DNA of 64,000 nucleotides from Veleropilina oligotropha (lineage: Eukaryota), in the NCBI GenBank assembly GCA_048128005.1, contig JBEUKZ010000107.1:62001-126000 (forward strand). The letters are read 5' to 3'. The notes beneath the pieces are model-generated. The model had not been told where the DNA came from. It saw only the letters and a program-made list of their open reading frames with translations, and did no database searches. Made by a program: the position numbers and the translations under genes. Position 1 is the first letter of the stretch. The number at the start of each line of letters is the position of its first letter. Positions 1-12,700 of this stretch are shown piece by piece.

Positions 1-742
1 GTTGCAAATAAAATACAGGGGGTCATGTTACATTTTGCTAAAATTTTGAGCACAGTTATTCCCCTTTATTAACTTTAAAATGTACACTCCATCAATTACG
101 ACAAACCCGATGGGATAATGTGTGGCTCCCACACTTCTTGTAACTAATTTTTCAACAATTCTAGTATCTATTTCTCTACGCATTGTTGAAATAGCATTTA
201 TTATAGTCAATATAATATAAATTATGATTGGCCCATAACAAAACTTTGTTCAGGTTTTGAGAATGCTCTTAAGTTCTGATGTACTGCATTTTGAACAAGA
301 TCAATTGGAACCAGCATGGCTGAACAACGGTTCATCTGGCCTAGAAATCTATAGGGTGAATATTGGTATTAAGTCATCACATCCAGATCCAGATCACCAC
401 CAAAATCGAATGGATTGGTCCTTTACCAAAGCTAATCTGTCCACAAAAGTTCACCAATATTGTTTAACTGCACAGGATATTCGATTAAATGATAAAAATC
501 AAGTGATATAACAAACATAAACCATTGTAAAAATATAAACTAATTTAAAATATATGATTATCATAATTAAAACTAATGAACTCATTAATATGTTATGAAA
601 TTAGTTTCCCTTGGTTAGTTAAACCATGGATTCAGACAATAGAATGATGTCACAACAAACGTTTAATTTAATAGTGGATATTTTGTATTGTGCTACATGT
701 ACTATTTAATTTAATATATGCATACATTTGTTTTATTTCCAG

Positions 743-777
743 AGGAGGATGAAAAGAGACAGCGAGAAGAGGAGGAG
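743..777 (+). CDS. gene 1 exon (EDEKRQREEEE)
   Basis: ttttatttccAG acceptor, GAG/GTAAAA donor; purine-rich open frame ending in phase 0. Confidence 0.65.
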
Positions 778-3700
778 GTAAAATATCACATTAAACACTT
801 GAAATTTGTAGCAATGTAATGATATACCAGATCATCAACTGGTTCAACTTTGTTTACTGACATGGCTTAATCTCTCAGCCACCGGATTCCTGAGGACCAA
901 AATTCGGCATATTTTTGTTCCTAAATAAACGTTAGTAAATACCGACTTATTCATATCAAATCATATATCACATGATAGGTAATTACATGACCTTCAATTT
1001 TGAAATTTTAAATATGAAAATAAGGTCACATGACCTAATTATATATATTCAAATGGTCGCCATCAAGATAAAGAATTCTAATATTTTCAAATTTCAACCC
1101 AATATTCATTGACTATTCACATATCATACTGTAAATCTTTCAAATTCAGATATTCATTTTGTTACAAAAAGATGATGATGAATTGATGTTTAACGACCAC
1201 GCCAACAGTATTTCAGTTATAAATCGGGTCAATCAACTTTGAATGATGAAATGAAGTGGTGCTGTGTGCAATGGAGGCAGCGACCATTGGAAAAATCCCC
1301 GGTACTCCCGGGGTTTGAACCCGTGACCCCCGTTTAGTAGACCAGCACCGTATCCACTCAGCCACGCTGCCCCCATTACAAAAAGAGACATAGAAACAAT
1401 TTTTTTTTGTCGATTTAGGATTCTACTCCAACTAGGACATTATGACTAAAATTCCCTGTCAGAAGAAGGGAGGGGATCAACTAATATTATATACATCGTT
1501 ATTGGTATCATTTTCATCTGTTTCCACATCTGAATGACCGTCGCCCGAATCGTTTAAATTATCACCCATATCGTCTAACATATGCTCATGTCACAGCGTG
1601 GATAGTCCGCCATTTTGGATAAAAATGACACCATTATTCACAGTTGGTAATCATAATTAATATGCGTCTAAAGTTGTCTATATTCTTTGTTCACGTTCTA
1701 TGTGTTACCGTTATTATTCCTAGTCATTTTAATCAGAAACTTGAAATGCAATATATATACCTTTTAGTATCAGTAAAGAGGTGCCAAGGTGCGCTTTCCA
1801 TATTTATTTGTTACCATTAATTGGATTTATCACACATGAACTCATGTCTTCCTTTTCCTCCCATATAAATAAGGTATACTAAGGGAGACGATCCCACCCA
1901 CCCACCACAATACACAGAGAGAACGGGAGAGATTGCAGTTATAAGTAATAGAATATAGTTACATGAATGAGTATATCATTTATACTAGTTATAAGGCATT
2001 GTATTTTGCCATTTGAATTCATTGTAGAGGCTAAGAGAATTAGAAGAGAAGAGAAGAGAGGAGGAACGGAGAAGGAAAGAGGATGAGGAGAAATACAAAG
2101 ATGTGGAGAAAATAGCAGAGGTCAAGATTCTTATCTTATCACGAGATCAAATACATATTGTGTTTGTTATGTCAGTAAAAACATGGTATGAGAAAAGATA
2201 GAAAACCTCCACCATTGCAATATGTCGACGAGCAACTCTGTGGGTGTATCGAGAAGTATCGAAGATTCAAAGTCATGGTACATGGGAGATAACTCTGTCC
2301 ATCTTATATGAATTCTAACATATCTAAAGCAGAAAAACAAAATCCGGATATGATGTCATGACATTCGGATCACTGCCAAAATGTAATCGATTACTTGCTG
2401 ATCCGACAGTTGGGTGGTGTCAGTTACAGACTCTGACAATCACTGGCTTGATTCCAATGACACCAACATTACATGTATTGGGTTCTAATCGGTTTGGGAC
2501 ATGACATTATTTGTTCAGTTATGAATCACAGTTTTCCGTAACTGGTCAGGGAGGGTGGGTTTCCCATGGCGCTCGGGCTTTCCTCCCACGATAATATGGA
2601 CGTGTCATGCTTTGGACAACATGGTTGTAAATATACAGAACAGTAAGGATCGATTCTTTCCTTTCCTAATCACTTGCTTCTTGGGTCAAGACCGACCTGC
2701 ACACGAACTTTAAATTGGCCAAAATCCGTCCGTAACATTTTGAGATATCCTGTTGACAGACAGACATACAGATAAACCAACAAACTAACAGGGTCGAAAA
2801 CATAACCTCGTTGGCGGAGGAATACCAAATACAAATTTTGTAAAATCTTTTTAAATGTAGATCCTAGATAATACACCATGCCATTATCCAGTAGGCTACA
2901 ATTTGAGGCTTATTTGAAGTATGTACGACGAAGGGTTTTAGCGCTAGAGTCAAAAATGCAAAAATTGTCTCCTAAAAATCCGGATGCCTGTCCAAACAAC
3001 AGATTTAACCTCCCTCCAGTGGTGAGAGTGTCTTTCACTAATGTACGAGAGGTATCATTTTGAATCTAATTAACATCTTTGTAATTATGTCAGGAATCCA
3101 GAATGAAGGAGAGAGAGTCTGAGGAGGAGTTGAAGAGGCTGGAGAAACTGAAGCAGGAGGCAGAAGACTTGAAGTCGAAACAGGATGTGGAAGAAAAGGA
3201 AAAGGAGGCGAAGAAAACACACAAAGGTCAGATACTGCGTTCGTGTCACCATTATGCATGAATCAGCCCCCATCATCAAGCTACGTGAGCCATGTGTCTG
3301 TGATCTGATGTTGGTTTTAGAGTTATGAGGTTAAAATGTTGTTTCAAAGTCGACGGTCAACCAGTTTTTTGTTAATTGTATACAGCATTAAATCATATAT
3401 TTTATAGCACTTGCAACATGAAAGGCGGTGGTGGTTGATATGAGTGTGGCTCCCAACATGCGAGGCGGCGGTGGTTGATATGAGTGTGGCTCCCAACATG
3501 CGAGGTAGCAGTGGTTGATATGAGTGTGGCTCCCAACATGCGAGGCGGCGGTAGTTGATATGAGTGTGGCTCCCAACATGCGAGGCGGCGGTGGTTGATA
3601 TGAGTGTGGCTCCCAACATGCAAGGCGGCGGTGGTTGATATGAGTGTGGCTCCCAACATGCGAGGCGGCAGTGGTTGATATGAGTGTGGCTCCCAACATG

Positions 3701-6700
3701 CGAGGCGGGGGAGGTTGATATGAGTGTGGCTACATGCGAGACGGCAGTGGTTGATATGAGTGTGGCTCCCAACATGCGAGGCGGCGGTGGTTGATACGAG
3801 TGTGGCTCCCAACATGCGAGGCGGCGGTGGTTGATACGAGTGTGGCTCCAAATTCACTTGCATGACTGCTCAAATGTGGGTCAATCCATGGCAAGCCACT
3901 TTGTTGAGATAACAGTCTCAGCTGTCCATAACATGACCGGAAAGGGTGAATTTTACCAGATAATCTAAGCTTTCTACTGACTAGAATTTGGATATGTCTC
4001 AATATGACCATGAATGGAACACTAAATCTATGACAGACCCTAGAGGTTAACAGGGAAATTAAATAACATAAAATTGCAAATATCAACATATGTAGAACTC
4101 TTTGAAGTTAAATTTCATCTTGATGAGATGTTGTTGTTAGTTGACCATATTCTGTATATGGCATTCATAAATTATTTATTGAATGTCAAACTTCATGAAA
4201 GCTTTGAGTTAACATTCTATTTTGGGGGCACATGCACTTTAGTGGGCGCAGCCTTCCGAATAACAGCACGTGCCACCATAGAGAGAATATTGTATATATA
4301 GAAGGCACACGAAAAAAGTTACAAAATAGGAAAACATCAAATTTGGGCCCCGAGACTGCCAAAAACGTAAAGAGCATGAAAAGTAACTTTATTACCTTCG
4401 GAACGAAGTACCGAGTTGGTAATAATTTAAAACGATGTCAAAATGTTATTTGCGTTAATCTGTGTGAAATTTCATCGTCACTGAAAATCTGAATGAAATG
4501 AAAGCCGTTGCCACCCATGTGACTCCAAAACCGCATTTGATTGGTTGCTGAAATCAGGCCACACTTCGACAAGTAAACATGGATTTAGCAGACGATAGAT
4601 CACCGCCATTTTATTCAGATATCGATGTTTTGAAGCTTTGATTTTGCTACTAAACCTTTCGAATTCATGAAAAAACTTGCAGTAAATAAAATCATGATGT
4701 TAATGGAAATGTTAGAAGCTGTTTCGGTAAATATTGACCCGATTAGAACATCCCAATGGACTTTTAATTCCGACGTGATCTGAAGTTAATTGTGAATATA
4801 CCGATGAGAAATAGGAAAAGATGGTATTTTCTCCCAAAGAAATAGTCGAATTGTCAACAAAATAAGGTAAGAGATTGTATTTTATAACCATGTATCTTTT
4901 ATAAGAATTATAACATTGTTTTAGTTTGATATCTGTTGCTTTTTGTATCATTTGACGACTTGAGTCTTGTGTTTTATGCATTCTGAAAAACGCATAAAAA
5001 ACAAGACTAAAGTTCGCCAAATGATACAAAAAGCACCAGATATCATGATAAATATTTCGAATCTGTAAATGTTATCATTTCTAACCCTAACTAACCCCAA
5101 GTTGGCACCCTAACCTTAATACTAACCCTAATCCTAAAATTGATTCGAAGCGACAACAAAATGGCGACCATTTTGAAATGAAATGAACACGCATATAGCA
5201 ACCATAATCTACATGCAGAAAAAATTCTTATTGCGCCCACTAAAGTGCATACTAGCCGTATTTTGGCAGAAAAAAATCTTTTTTGCGCCCACTAAAGTGC
5301 ATACTAGTCCTATTTTGTCTCGTACATTCTTGACTAAACTGAAGTAGTAACTGTGTGGGAAATATAATTTTGGTGGTTATTTAATTATTTTAATTTGATT
5401 ATAGTTGTTATTTAAATGTTTTGAGCTTTTATAACAGCTTACTGTATCAATAATATATATATTTATGAACTTTAGGCATTAGAATATTTTTGCCATGGTA
5501 TGCATAAAAACAAACAATTAAATAATCTGACATTTATTTATGAATTGCTGCATTTTCTTAAAACATCTGTCATGTGAAAATAGCCCATTGAATTTGTCTA
5601 ACAAACAGTGTCAGTGGCAGTGTCTGCGATTGACATAATTACAGACCGCATTCCTGCTATTGACCCAGATAACAAATATTTGTTGTTAAGTAGATTGATC
5701 ATGATCATGTATAGCAGCAGTGCAGTTGCTAGAATTGACAGACAACAATTGTGAATGCAATGTGAAGGACATTTAAAACAATTGTGGGTTAATTATTTAG
5801 GTGGTATACATAATATGATATTTAAGTATAAATTAATACATACATCATGCAAATGAATATAGCCATCAATTCCTAAATATCGGTCAGCAGCTATGCAAAC
5901 AATTAAGTTGTAAGGCTGTATAAAATTAATGACGGCGGGTTACTTTTTTACAATTTATTTTAATGCAGCTCTACATTTTCATATAAACTGTGTGAACAGG
6001 CTATTTTTTACGTTCCAACGTGAAGTATTATTGAGGCAATGTTGTATTTAATTGTGAAACCCTCTCACTCTTGGTCTACCAGAACCGACTTCGAATTTAT
6101 TCCTTTTTTATTTTCGAATTTTTATTTTTAAATTTTTGGGGGGAATTTATTGGGTTTTTTGGCAATAATAATGATTGAAGCCCATTGAAAAATGCGGTGC
6201 TTGAGAATCTAAACATTAATTTTATGCAGCATAAATAATAATAGAATGGCATTCAGGTTATTTCAGTAATATGCATCATAAACTAGTTTCCAGATAATGA
6301 TTAAGTATTATAATGCTATAATGTTATGCGGGCATCATTAGCACACATGTTGGACATAGGTTGGTTTGGTTCTATGCATGCTGCTTCGACAGCTGTGTGG
6401 TTTCGGTTGTGGACACCGAAAATCACTGGCTTAATTCCGCTGATGTGAACAGTAGTGGGTTCAAACCTCAGCGGGGACAACACACATTTGTTCAAGTTAT
6501 GAATCACAGTTGTCCATAACTGGTCGGAGAGGGCGGTTTCCCCGAGCGACCGGGCTTTCCTCCCGCGATAATATGGACAGCCTTTCCTTTCCTTTTTGGA
6601 TCTATGCTTAATGTCGCAATTAACAATTTTCAGGCCAATCCAGGATACGTGCACATTAAGGGTGTAAGCCCGGTCCTCCTGGAGAGCCCACCACCAGTTG

Positions 6701-9700
6701 TGGCCCACTGTGACTGTTAGCTCCATAAAATGTCGAGCCTACGAGTCAAATTTGCTTGTCATTGCAAGTACATGTAGTACGAGTTAATTTTGAGTAGCCC
6801 TTGAACTCCCACGATCACTGGTGTAACCCTCTTGCACATGTATAGATCGTAAAACGTATATATTTCTGGTTTGTCATGTCATAATATGTCTCTGGAAGCA
6901 TGGATGTAATAAACTATCTCAATATAATTTTTCCCATTTTGAAAATGTTGTCAGTCTTAAAATTTACAGTTAAACTAACCACAGCATGAGGTTGACCAAG
7001 TTCGAATGTTGAGAATATTTTATTTTATTTCATCATCCATTTCTAATAAAGTAATAGTATTATAATTCATCACATGACAAACCTGTTATGGAACGGTAGA
7101 AACCTTTCCATAAATTTCTATACGAAAAGACACGTCCCATAAGTATGCAAATGAAGGTGAGCATGCCGGCAGATTATCGCAACTGGCGCCAAGTTGATTA
7201 GGCGGCGAATCACCCTCATTAACATAATGAATAATTCATATGCGTTGACTTGTCGATTACTGACGTTGAACTATTTTTTATTGGCGTACTGGCGGGGCAC
7301 GTGCTTTCGAGGCGTGATGAATCTGGGGCATGGCATTTTATGGCTGAAAGTACTGACAAAAATCAGTTTAAAAACGTAAAGAAATGAGTTTTAAAATGTA
7401 ATAAAATCAGTTTAAAAGTAAATAAAGTCATGTGATAAAGAAGATATCAAACTTGTATCCATTGCATATGAGAATTATGAAACTCGTCAGCAAATTTATG
7501 TACCTCACCAAGGCTCGGTACATAAATTGTGCCCGACTCGTTTCATAATTCTCATATGGAATGGACACTCGTTCGATATCCTCTATATATACACAAATTT
7601 CATGTTCTGATTTCTTCAAGAATTAATAATTGTAAATCATGCTATTTCAGAGCATAAGCATCGCCGCATCCGATATGACCTGAAGGTCGCGCTGAAGCAA
7701 CGGGATCGCTTCAAGCTGGAGTACACCCTCAAGGAGTTCGACAAGGAAAAGGTCAAAGACATTGACATTGATTTCGACAAAGCCAAGAAGATGCTGAAGG
7801 AACTGCTGGCTCGCGATGGTGAGTGGACGCCATTTCATCAACATACTCATCATCTGTGATGTCAAGGAGCTATCATTTGAGATATCCAAAACCGCGATAA
7901 AATGTTATAAACTTGATATTAAATATTGATAAAAAGCCAGAGATATCTGGGGTTTACTCATGTGAGCAGGCTTTCCTCCAGTGATATCTGGGAGTTTACT
8001 CATGTGAGCAGGCTTTCCTCCAGTGATATCTGGGGGTTTAGTCATGTGAGCAGGCTTTCCTCCAGCGATATCTGGGGGTTTACTCTTGTGATCAGGCTTT
8101 TCTCCAGCGATATCTGGGCATTTACTCGTGTGAGCAGGCTTTTCTCCAGCGATATCTGGGGGTTTATTCATGTGACCAGGCTTTCCTCCAGCAATATCTG
8201 GGGATTTACTCGTGTGAGCAGGCTTTCCTCCAGCGATATCTGGGGGTTTACTCGTGTGAGCAGGCTTTCCTCCATCGATATCTGGGGGTTTACCCGTGTG
8301 AGCAGGCTTTCCTCCAGCGATATCTGGGAAAGCATCAATCCGAACCAAACCAAAATTTTGACATATTATACATGTTGAGGAAAATTTTCTCTTTTCATAA
8401 GGGACCTGCTTGTTTTATAGATCTGAAAAAGGCTATGTCCAAGCGGGAGCTGGAAGAATTGGAGAAGGTCATGGAGTATGTCCGTAGCCGTGGCTACGAA
8501 GGTCAGCTGGCCAGCGAAATGCTAGAGGCGAACAAATTGCTGATAAAACTTCGACGTTTAGAGAGAATTCGTCACGAGATTCTGGAGCTGAAGCAGTCGA
8601 CGGTCGCGGAGATCAGGAGTTATCAGAGCCCGCCGGCGGCGGTGTACACCGTGATGACTGCCACCTTCCTCATCCTCGGCCACAAGGAGAAGGAGACCAA
8701 GGTCAGTGGGGCAGCATACTGTGATGAGGGTCAGCTTACAGAGACCAAGGTCATTGGGGTAGCATACTGTGACGGGAGTCAGCTCACAAAGAGAGACAGC
8801 GACCAAGGTCAGTGGGGTAGGATACTGAGACGAAGGTCAGTGGGACAGCATACTGAGACCCAGGTCAGTGGGGCAGCATACTGAGACCCAGGTCAGTGGG
8901 GCAGCATACTGAGACCCAGGTCAATGGGGCAGCATACTGAGACCCAGGTCAATGGAGCAGCATACTGAGACCCAGGTCAATGGGGCAGCATACTGAGATG
9001 AAGGTCAATGAGGTAGCATACTCAGTTTTACTGATACAACAGTCAGTGGGGCAACTCACAGAGATGAAGGTCAGTAGGATAGCATACTCAGATGAGGGTC
9101 AGTGGGGTAGCATACGGAGACCAAGATCAGTGGGGTAGCTTGCTGAGACCAAGGTCAGTTGGGTAACATTCTGAGATGAATGTCAGTAGGAAATCATACT
9201 CAGACGAGGGTCAGTGGGGTAGCATACAGAGACCAAGATCAGTGGGGTAGCTTGCTGAGACCAAGGTCAGTTGGGTAACATTCTGAGATGAAGGTCAGCT
9301 CACAGAGACCAAGGTCAGTGGGGTATTTGAGAGGTCGGGCGACCGGGCTTTCCTCCTGCGATAATATGGACATGTCCTGCCTTGAACCTGATGGTTGTAA
9401 ATATACAGGACATTAAACACCAGTCGATCCTCGATATAACTGTAAATGATAAATTGGACAATAAACACACAATAACCAAACAAAACAATGCAACTGCGCT
9501 TGATTACAGATTGTAATCACAATGTTTGCTAATCTCTCCAACTTTATATGCCTTTGCTGCTTGTATTAATATGTTAAAACTTTGGCTTATGATTTGCTTT
9601 CTTACAGCTTTTGTTTACAACACAGGTATTGTTTATTTAGCATTACCCTAACTTTTTCCTGTTATGCCACTGTCTTTTTGATAGTCGTCATCCACCAAAG

Positions 9701-12700
9701 TAAATTACAAAAAGCTGTTCTCAATTTTAAATTGATCCCATACTTCCTTGTATGTAGTCTAGGTCTTATAATATGGTAAGAAGATCAAGTAATATCTCTC
9801 TGTTTTTGTATGATCATGATCACCTACTTTATGTCATTGTGTTCATACTGGACAATGGGGCTGGACTTGAAGATTTAGGACATTTCTGTGAATCATTACC
9901 TTGGAATCATGGTCGTATTAACAATGTCTCCATATAGTATATTCTAATATATGATTTCATATTTACATGCAATAATCATACACTTCAAAATGCAAATATG
10001 GTGGAGCGAATTGTTAATTCAAAGTTCGTTTTCTGATTTAATCTCTTACAGCACATATTATATTATGTTTAGCATTGCCCAAACCTTGTTCTGTTGTGTC
10101 ACTGTCTTTTCTGGTGACCAGACAAAGTCCTCTAGTTTTCCACTGAAATAAATTACAATTGGTTATTCCTCATTATGACCTCTGCTAGTGATTTTCCCAT
10201 ACCTCCTTGTGTGTAGCCTAGCTATTATTCTAGATGAAGCGATCATGTCTCATTATTTGTATGGTCACCTGATTTCGTTGCCCATAACATACTGGAAGAT
10301 TGGGCTGAATTTTGTGTCCGTTTTAATATCTCGGAACAGTGCTATTAAATTACTTTTACAATTAACTATATATGAATCAAATTGATTTGATTTGAATTCA
10401 TTTTTACATGCATGTTAACAAGATGTCAAACTGTTATACAGTAGCTGTAATTCCCAGTCTCTATCTGATAGATGAATGTTGTGTCTAATCGAGATTACCA
10501 AACTGAGAAAAATGTCCGGCACACTCAGGAATGGAACTAAGATGTATGCATAGCCAATAAAACCAACTTGAAGCCGTTGCTAAAATGTCAAATTACATAA
10601 TGCACCATGGCTGATTGATAACAGTTTTCACCCAAAATACTTTAAGATTACACCTTTTCAACTAAAGTTTCTCAATCATGCTATATAAGCAACAATATGC
10701 ATGTTTTAACATTTCTATATGCTAGATATCACTATTTCATCGTTACCTCACACTAAATAAATAATATTGAAGGTAATTTTCTTCGAATTTCATCATAAAA
10801 TGCTGCTTTTGGACTTAAGTTCAAGTTTTTGGTTAGAGATTATCAATCATGCTATATTTAATAGCAACAATATGCATGTTTTAGCATTACTATAAGTTAG
10901 ATATCACTATTTCATTGTTATCTGACCATAAATAAATAATATTGAAGATAATTGTGCCCCTCAAACGAAGTTTAGGGGGGCATATAGGAATCAGCTTGTC
11001 TGTCTGTCGACTCGGTCTGTTGCAAATTCCCTTCCGCTCCATATCTACGATAATATTTTGTCTAGGGACACAAAACTTGATGTGTGGATGCGTCATAATT
11101 AACCCAAAGGTGTGTCGCGTACCGAAAGTAGATCACCGTGACCTACTTTTCATGCTCAACGCATTTGGTCCAAAAGTACCTTCCACTCCATATCTCCCAT
11201 ACTATTTGATCGAGGGACACGAAACTTGATGTGTGCATGCATCTTAACCCAAAGGTGTGTTGCGTACAAAAAGTACAAAAGTAGGTCACCACGATCTACT
11301 TTTCACGCTTACCTGCGTTTGGTCCAAATGTTTCTCCACTCCATATTTCCCATGCTATTTGACCTAGGGACACGAAACTTGATGTGTGGATGCATCATTA
11401 CCCAAAGGTGTGTCGCGTACCAAAAGTAGGTCACTGACCTACTTTTCACGATTGACCGCACATTCGGTCCATAATTCCCTACCGCTCCATATCTACTATA
11501 ATATTTCGTCTAGGGACACAAAACTTGATGTGTGGATGCGCCATAATTAACCCAAAGGTGTGTCGCATACTGAAAGTAGATCACTGTGACCTACTTTTCA
11601 TGCTCTAACGCATTTGGTCCAAAAGTCCCTTCCACTCCATATCTCCCATACTATTTGATCGAGGGACACGAAACTTGATGTGTGCATGCATCTTAACCCA
11701 AAGGTGTGTTGCGTACCAAAAGTACAAAAGTAAGTCACCACGACCTACTTTTCACGCTTACCTGCATTTGATCCAAATTTCTCTCCACTCCATATCTCCC
11801 ATGCTATTTGACCTAGGGACACAAAACTTGATGTGTGGATGCGTCATTACCCAAAGGTGTGTCACTTACCAAAAGTAGGTCACTGTGACCTACTTTTCAC
11901 GCTTGACCGCACATTCGGTCCATAACTCCCTACCGCTCCATATCTCCCATACTATTTGACCGAGGGACATGAAACTTGATGTGTGCATGCTTCATATCCC
12001 AAAGGTGTGTCAGGTACCAAAAGTAGGTCACTGCGACAGCCTGTTCCTGGGTCCAGTGCTTTTGTGGGGGGCATATGATCACTTCTGTCATAAGTCTAGT
12101 TTAATTAAAATTTTATCATAAAATGCTTCTTTTGGACTTAGGAATTTTCATTAAAGTGTCTCAAGCATGCTATATATGCAACAATAGGCATAGTTTTGCA
12201 TCTTCCTTTGTCAGATATCACTATTTCGTTGTCATTGTAGAAATATTGAAAGCAATTTAATTGAAAATCTGCACATAAGTAGCCATTTTGGACTTAGAAA
12301 AATTTTGCTTTTCATACAACTTTTTATATGCTTTATATGTTTATTTCAAATTAACAATGTGATCTACTATTGAATGTAGACACAATACTCATGAAATATA
12401 AGTGATCGAGTGATGCGCAGTTCCACGCATGCGAGCCATTTCGAGCTTTAGCTTTTGTTATTACAATAATGTTGATATATTTCGTAAATGTAGGAATGGA
12501 AAGCAATTCAAGCTTTGGTTGGGAAAATTGGTAAGGACAGCTTGAAGAGGCGCTGCGTGGAGTGCGATACATCAAAGATCGACGTTACAGCGGCAAGGAG
12601 GGCCAAAGAGTTGTTGGGAAAATACGAATTGGATGCTGTCCGTGACGTATCGGCTGGGGCAGCAACGTTCTACGTCTGGGTGAGTTATGGGATTTAATAG

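Noticed and set aside
3344..3863. Repetitive ORFs on the minus strand
   Set aside because: Artefacts of the 40-bp minisatellite read in three frames.
5081..5135. Telomere or interstitial telomeric array
   Set aside because: Only a few degenerate CCCTAA-like units inside a TIR element.
7905..8378. ORFs with 14-aa repeats on both strands
   Set aside because: A 42-bp intronic minisatellite; the flanking exons splice in phase without it.
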